A DNA stretch of 64,000 nucleotides from Callorhinchus milii (Eukaryota). Below are positions 59,201-64,000 of this stretch, piece after piece. The DNA lies in NCBI RefSeq assembly GCF_018977255.1, contig NW_024704742.1:94490001-94554000 (forward strand), read 5' to 3'. Positions within the stretch are counted from its first letter, which is position 1. Each line of letters starts with the position of its first letter. Under the pieces are notes generated by a model. It worked only from the letters and a program-made list of their open reading frames with translations. It was not told where the DNA came from and made no database searches. A program made the position numbers and the translations under genes.

Positions 59201-62200
59201 GGTCTGGACACAAATTTGCAGTGGCAAATGGGCTTCACTCAGAGGCCCCACTGTTGTGGCTTTCTGTGTGTGAGTGCATCTGTGTGTTTGTGTGTCTGTT
59301 CCTTTTCCTGTGTTTGTGGATGTGCCTGTGTGTGTGTGTCTCTGTTTCTGAGTGTGTGTGTATGTGTCTCTTGAGTGTGTGTGTGTCTCTCTCTCTGTGT
59401 GCGTGTGTGTCTCCTCTCTGGCTGTGTGTCTCTCTCTCTCTCTGGGTCTGTGTACCATGCTGAACCCTGAAAGCTCCTGTAACCTCACAAACCCCTCCCA
59501 AAAAAAGGTTACCCAGTTCATGTTAAAGAAGTAATTAATATATTTTTTGCAACAGACTAATGTATGTTATTTCCTCATGTTTAGTTTTTATTAATGAAGT
59601 GAAAAAATGTAGGTTGGCAGTAAAATAGACCTCAATAGCACCAAACGACTCTGCAATTTTCTACAAAATGTACCGTAAATTTCCCCCGCAAAATCTCACT
59701 GCAATTTTTGGGCAAATATTTCCAGACTTTTCTATTGTCCCAACTCATGACACGGAATCATCTGATCCCATTCAAGTGAGTGGTGTCTAAAGTGCAAAGG
59801 ACTTTAATTTTATTCTGCTCAAGATTCTAAATGCCTGAACATCTCTTGTGGTTTATGCCATTAGCTCTTGTTAACCACATTTATAGCTTTTGTAGATCAG
59901 GTTTTATTGGGTGTTTATTCCAGGAAAACTGATTTCCTCAATATCTTAAATATAAATTTCAAGTTTATCCATGAACATTCTTGGGCAATGACAAATGTCT
60001 CCTCGCCCCTGCCAGATATGTGTGCATTTTGGTTTGTGCTTGTGGGAACCTGCCCAAAATATTAAACCACATATAAGATTGTTGAGAACTGTCCTGCTGG
60101 CTCACTGGGCCTGATCTTCTTTAGAACCCTGATATTGTGATGGGGCTTTATTTTTATGCTGCTTAAAAGTTCAATCAACGTACAGTTTTTGTAGCATTTA
60201 CAAAAGACAAATCCGATCGTCAGTGGGTGCAGTGTCACTACTGCTGTAGAGGGAATTCAACTGAGAATGGGGACTGACTCACATTGTTAGAGCAAACTCA
60301 ATGGAGCTTCACTCTTCCAGTATTAAGGATATTTTTGAAGTCATGTATTTTTCAGCACACGAATGAGTGCTGGGTTTTGTAGTTAATGTGCAGTTTTTCA
60401 CCTCTTGGAGCTGTGCCTGTAACCAGTTTAATGCATAAAGGTGTACTTGACCTTAAGGATTCTAAATAAAATGAAGCTGAGCAGTCTTCGCATAGTTTTT
60501 GAATTGTTCACTACAAAAATGAATACAGGCCAGTAATGCAGAACTGCCTACAGTTTGGTATAAATTGGTAGTATTCACATTCTAGGGAGTGTTAATGTGA
60601 TGCATCTGTTTGGGGTGGGATGTTCTTCTGTAAATTATGTTAAGGCGCATTGTCAAGTAGAGAGATCTTTACTCCATGTGCTTCCGTACTTTGTACCTGA
60701 CCTAGGAGTGTTTGCCCACTCCCACGTCGGTGTCTTACAGTGGATGCCAAAATATAAATGTTTTATTCCTTCACTCTCAGGACTTGGAAGTAAGTTGCCT
60801 ACCCTTTAAATGGAATGCCTGAACAAACCACTGTTTTTAGTGAACAACTCAAACTGTTTTTACTAAAATAGTGCCAGGAGTTGATTATAGCAGGAAGTGA
60901 GTGCGGAATATCTAATTTTATTTCTTCGCTTCACTGTATTTTTTCAATGTTCTCCACCTTCTTCCTTTACCGTTTGAATTCAGCTTACTTAGCAGAGCTG
61001 TGTTCATTGTTACTCCACTGCTGCATGAGTCCCTTTGCCTCGCTTCCTCCCTTGCCTCCTACAAGGCTTGTCTCAAGACCCTCCTTTTCGACTGCGCCTT
61101 TGGTCACCCTCCTACCCTAACCTCCCTGCCCCCCACCCCTCCTGATCCCAACCACTAACTAGGTTGTGTCCTAATCCCTGACTGTCCAGCTTCTTGGGTC
61201 GTGCTCCCGAAGTGAAAGGTGCTATACAAATGGAATTTGTTGTTGTTTATGGTGAGTTCCCTTCCTCTGAGAGCATTCACCTCACTGGGCACAGATTGCA
61301 AGTGAGTGGATGTAATGGTGAGTGAACTAAGATTTAAATGTGGGCCAGCTTCAGATTGCAATAGTAATATTCTCACTCCAGTGAAATGAATTGCTGAGGT
61401 GCACAGTATCTCTTTCCTCCTGAATTGGTTGAAGTGAGCCTGATTGTTCTGCAAAATGAGAAATATGAGGGTAGGCTTTAGGTTAAAGGTCAGCTAACAT
61501 GCTTGCTTCCACAGAAACTTACTCAGATCCAGACTGTAGTTCAGTGAATGTCCTATGGTGTAAAGAGATTTAAATGATTTAAATAACTTCACTGGCTCGC
61601 TTAGTATTAAAAAAATGCACACGAGCTCATTGAACCAAAGCTGTCAGGAGAAACGTTAAAAATAGATTTATGCTCTTTATGTTTAATTTACCTCAACTAT
61701 TTACATATCTGTGATCCAAATTCTTTAAAAAAAAAGACATTTTGGTTTATGTAACAATTTGTGTGTTAATTTAATCTCGCCAGATATGGAAGATCTCACG
61801 AACAGATTGATGAATAACTCAGAAAATGGCAAAACTGTGAATCGCAGAGATACAGATGAGGGCAAGCGTGGTTTACTTGACATGGAAAAGTCCATTGTTG
61901 AGCCAAGTTATAAAAAGTTGAGTCTAGGAGGAGGTGTGTCTGGTATACAGTTGAGTGAAATATTGTAAAATGGACTTAGGGTGAGGATCAAGAGAATGTA
62001 GCGTTGGAGAATGGAGCACGTAAAAATAAGTCAGTAATCCTGTATAGGAAGTGCTTTGGTAACTTGGTAGATAGCTTCATTCTTAGACAGAACATGGCAA
62101 CTCGGGCTCCAGGTCAGTTGCGTGAAGCACTTTGAGACGTTTTTGAATTGCAACCAGTGGGTGAAAGAATTACAATACAGTATGCATTTATAGAGTTCTT

Positions 62201-63890
62201 TTCACATTGGGAGGATGTCTCAAAGTGGTTGTTACATGCTGTTCAGATCAGAAAAATATTCAGTGAATGTTCTTTGGTGTATAATTCTAGCCTCATCCAA
62301 TATTATAATTGGGGTTCCTAGTATTCATTTTGTTTTAATTTATTAAAAACACAAGTCAGCCTGGCTCAGTTGGTAACACTTTGGCCTCTGAGTAAGAAAA
62401 AGGGTTGTGGGTTCAAGTCGCACACCGTGGATTGTGAAATCGTAGTCTAAGCCAGTGGTGGCCAACCTCTTTGATTAGCCAACAATTCAGTGTTTCTAGA
62501 TTAACATTTCTTGATTTATGGCAGAAGTCTATGCTATCTTATTTCTATGATTATTTTGTTGGCCAACCAAAAAGGTTGCATGCTGGAGGAGCTACTTTTT
62601 CGGATGACCCATTAAACCAAGGTCCTGTCTGCTTGTTCAGGTGGATGTTAAAGATCCCATAGTACCATTTGAAAAATTAAGAGAGTTTCTCCTGGTGTCC
62701 TGGTCTACAATTCCCCAGATAAAATTGGTCATTCACTTTGTGACTGTTTGTGGGACATAGGTGTGTGCAAATTAGCTGCCACATTAACATACAAAATACA
62801 CAGATTGACTCATTACAGTATATTTTGTGAAGCACTTTTAGACATCCTCCCAAAAATTAAAACTAAAATGCTACATAAATAAAGTAAATCTAGCCCCAGT
62901 GGAATTTCTCTCCACTTGTACCTTAATACAACTGGTTGAGCTTGATCTACTTAAATGAAATTTTCAATATTGAAGGCTTTTATATCCTGCAGACCTGGGA
63001 TATAACTTGTGCACAATATAAAGGATTATGTTGTAAACAACCCCGTGTTATGCAGAAGCGTGTTGTAGTGGTATGTTCACTGTACAAAGATATAGTCCTC
63101 AGTTCTTCCACATATTATTTTAACCTATTCTAAATTGATCAACACAGCTCCACAAAAGCACACCATTCTGAATTGTACCTTATTAATTGCTCTGGCTCCT
63201 ATTTTAGTGTCAGCCCGCACTCTTGGGAGATTTTATATTGTAATTGTCTCCTCCTCCCATCTGCTTGTATAGATATATTTAAAATAGCAAAGAAGCTGAC
63301 ATACAATACAGAAGTGTGGTAGAGTGGGTTGTTAATCTGTTAGTTACACTGTACAAATAGGGGCATGATCTTGTACAAGCACCAGAGCCAATTCCAACAA
63401 ATTGCAAGGCTGAAATTAATGTCTTGAGAAATTTCTTCTACATTCATGTGTTTGTAGATTTACTGAACTGTTTTCTTCAGGGACTGAAACACCAGAAATA
63501 ATTGCCTCTTATCTTATAGAATATTATAGTATGAAAATAGGCCATCAGGTGTGCACTACTGTATTTATTTTTCCCTGTGAGCCACCAATCCCAATTTTCC
63601 TCTCCTCCACACTCCATAATAGCCTTTAATCTTTTTCATGTTTACCTGATTCTTATTTAAAGTAATTTGTTGGACTTTGTTGCAATAAAGTTGTAGCTGG
63701 AATGTGTCTTTAAATGGTTGCTTAAAGTGTCCCACTTCCTTGAAACCCGCAGATAACGCAAACCAAGATCGTGATGAGGGGTTTGTAGATCCTTTGAAGT
63801 CGGAAGAAGCTGAAGATTATGATGGAGATGAAGGAAATGTTGCAGAGTTTGAGGCTGACAAAGAAGCGGAACTTGCTGGAGACACACAAG
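37951..63890 (+). CDS. GOLM1: Golgi membrane protein 1 (GP73 family, type II membrane coiled-coil protein), 3' end unresolved; join(37951..38277,52169..52223,54770..54851,55727..55868,57147..57336,58375..58437,61784..61861 or ..61933,63753..63890)
   Basis: MVGLGGGRR, then a hydrophobic anchor and coiled coil (cf. GOLM1 MMGLGNGRR). Later motifs: [25 protein letters not shown] and the acidic tail [22 protein letters not shown]. Intron phases 0,1,2,0,1,1,1 are mutually consistent. Confidence 0.88.
38283..38806 (+). repeat. G-rich minisatellite (about 32 bp, ggggtggggaggggtgacatggtggggggagac)
   Basis: Tandem units begin 6 nt after the GOLM1 donor. Confidence 0.95.
38968..39140 (+). repeat. G-rich low-complexity repeat (gggtgggtgtatgggtggggg)
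   Basis: Read directly from the sequence. Confidence 0.9.
39176..39497 (+). mobile_element. Full-length Deu SINE
   Basis: Head, Deu domain and tail present. Confidence 0.9.
40315..40630 (-). mobile_element. Deu SINE, long form
   Basis: Contains the gtttacctggcagtaaataggaacccgg segment. Confidence 0.8.
41290..41635 (-). mobile_element. Old Deu SINE
   Basis: gcagccaatttgtgcacagca-like core; gggcttgagccc head. Confidence 0.65.
44634..45092 (-). mobile_element. L2 3' fragment
   Basis: [28 protein letters not shown]; tail present. Confidence 0.88.
49476..49791 (+). mobile_element. Full-length SINE nested in CR1
   Basis: Runs from the GGAGTCC head to (TTA)n. Confidence 0.92.
50304..50634 (-). 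mobile_element. Full-length SINE nested in CR1
   Basis: TSD ttcctta on both sides. Confidence 0.92.
52169..52223 (+). CDS. GOLM1: GOLM1 exon, 55 nt ([18 protein letters not shown])
   Basis: Acceptor cttttcag, donor G|gtgagg; NIT sequon as in GOLM1. Confidence 0.9.
54770..54851 (+). CDS. GOLM1: GOLM1 exon, 82 nt ([28 protein letters not shown])
   Basis: Acceptor ctcctcag, donor GT|gtaagt; coiled-coil heptads. Confidence 0.9.
55727..55868 (+). CDS. GOLM1: GOLM1 exon, 142 nt ([21 protein letters not shown]...KIS)
   Basis: Acceptor ctgtttag, donor TCA|gtaagc; conserved QC. Confidence 0.88.
56262..56752 (-). mobile_element. CR1 3' fragment
   Basis: [32 protein letters not shown]; same family as 27478-28350. 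Confidence 0.9.
57147..57336 (+). CDS. GOLM1: GOLM1 exon, 190 nt (MTPNEQ...[12 protein letters not shown])
   Basis: Acceptor ctctaatag, donor G|gtaaga; ETNQI resembles GOLM1 ETNEI. Confidence 0.8.
57390..58148 (+). mobile_element. Non-autonomous DNA element (hAT-like) copy A, with internal GA/CA repeat
   Basis: Reverse-complement match to 59199-59794. Confidence 0.6.
58375..58437 (+). CDS. GOLM1: Probable GOLM1 exon, 63 nt, phase 1-1 ([21 protein letters not shown])
   Basis: Acceptor ttttgcag, donor CAG|gtaaca; open in the required frame. Confidence 0.65.
58515..58930 (+). mobile_element. Penelope-like element remnant with a terminal hairpin
   Basis: Inverted arms 58515-58569 and 58589-58642; tail gacctgaaacgttgactc...agatgctgcctgacctgctgagt...ccagca as recalled for shark Penelope-like elements. 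Confidence 0.65.
59199..59794 (-). mobile_element. Non-autonomous DNA element (hAT-like) copy B
   Basis: Degenerate termini caggtctggacac...gtgtctaaagtg; internal TG/TC repeat. Confidence 0.6.
61030..61248 (+). mobile_element. L2 3' end
   Basis: ctcccgaagtgaaaggtgctatacaaatggaatttgttgttg. Confidence 0.75.
61784..61861 (+). CDS. GOLM1: Probable GOLM1 exon ([26 protein letters not shown]); donor is either G|gcaagc at 61861 or G|gtgtgt at 61933
   Basis: Acceptor ctcgccag; open frame; both candidate donors are phase 1. Confidence 0.55.
62358..62855 (+). mobile_element. Old Deu SINE with a small hAT-like insertion (about 62453-62580)
   Basis: cctggctcagttggtaacac head; cagtggtggccaacct...aaaaggttg insert at a gtctaagc site. 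Confidence 0.65.
63753..63890 (+). CDS. GOLM1: GOLM1 acidic C-terminal exon; splices at 63890 or reads through to TGA at 63910
   Basis: Acceptor cccgcag; DNANQD...[27 protein letters not shown]|gtatca. Confidence 0.85.
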
Positions 63891-64000
63891 GTATCAATGT
63901 AGTGCATTGATTTTTTAAAAAAAAGTTAACAAATGTGTTAATTATTTCTCATTCTTTCACCTTCCGCAACAACTACTTGCATTGTGCCCTCAACACAGCA

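Overview
Vertebrate genomic DNA, probably from a cartilaginous fish. That is inferred from the repeats: tRNA-derived Deu-domain SINEs, L2 LINEs, shark-type CR1 LINEs and a Penelope-like remnant. Three same-strand (+) genes can be built from splice signals and frame continuity. (1) The 3' exons of a small gene missed by the ORF track (about 2.2-4.8 kb), which I interpret as C9orf153-like. (2) A complete 5-exon kisspeptin receptor gene (22019-31913, 355 aa), most likely the Kissr-3/kiss1rb paralogue. (3) Most of a GOLM1 gene (37951 to beyond 63890). There is also a disabled FBXL15 exon on the - strand (about 10.0-10.8 kb). The rest is LINE, SINE, DNA-transposon and Helitron debris, a 2.3-kb CT/GT satellite and G-rich minisatellites around the first GOLM1 coding exon, and several long inverted repeats. 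I found no prokaryote-type system (CRISPR, operon, phage) and no demonstrable new biological system. All homology calls come from remembered family sequences, not database searches.
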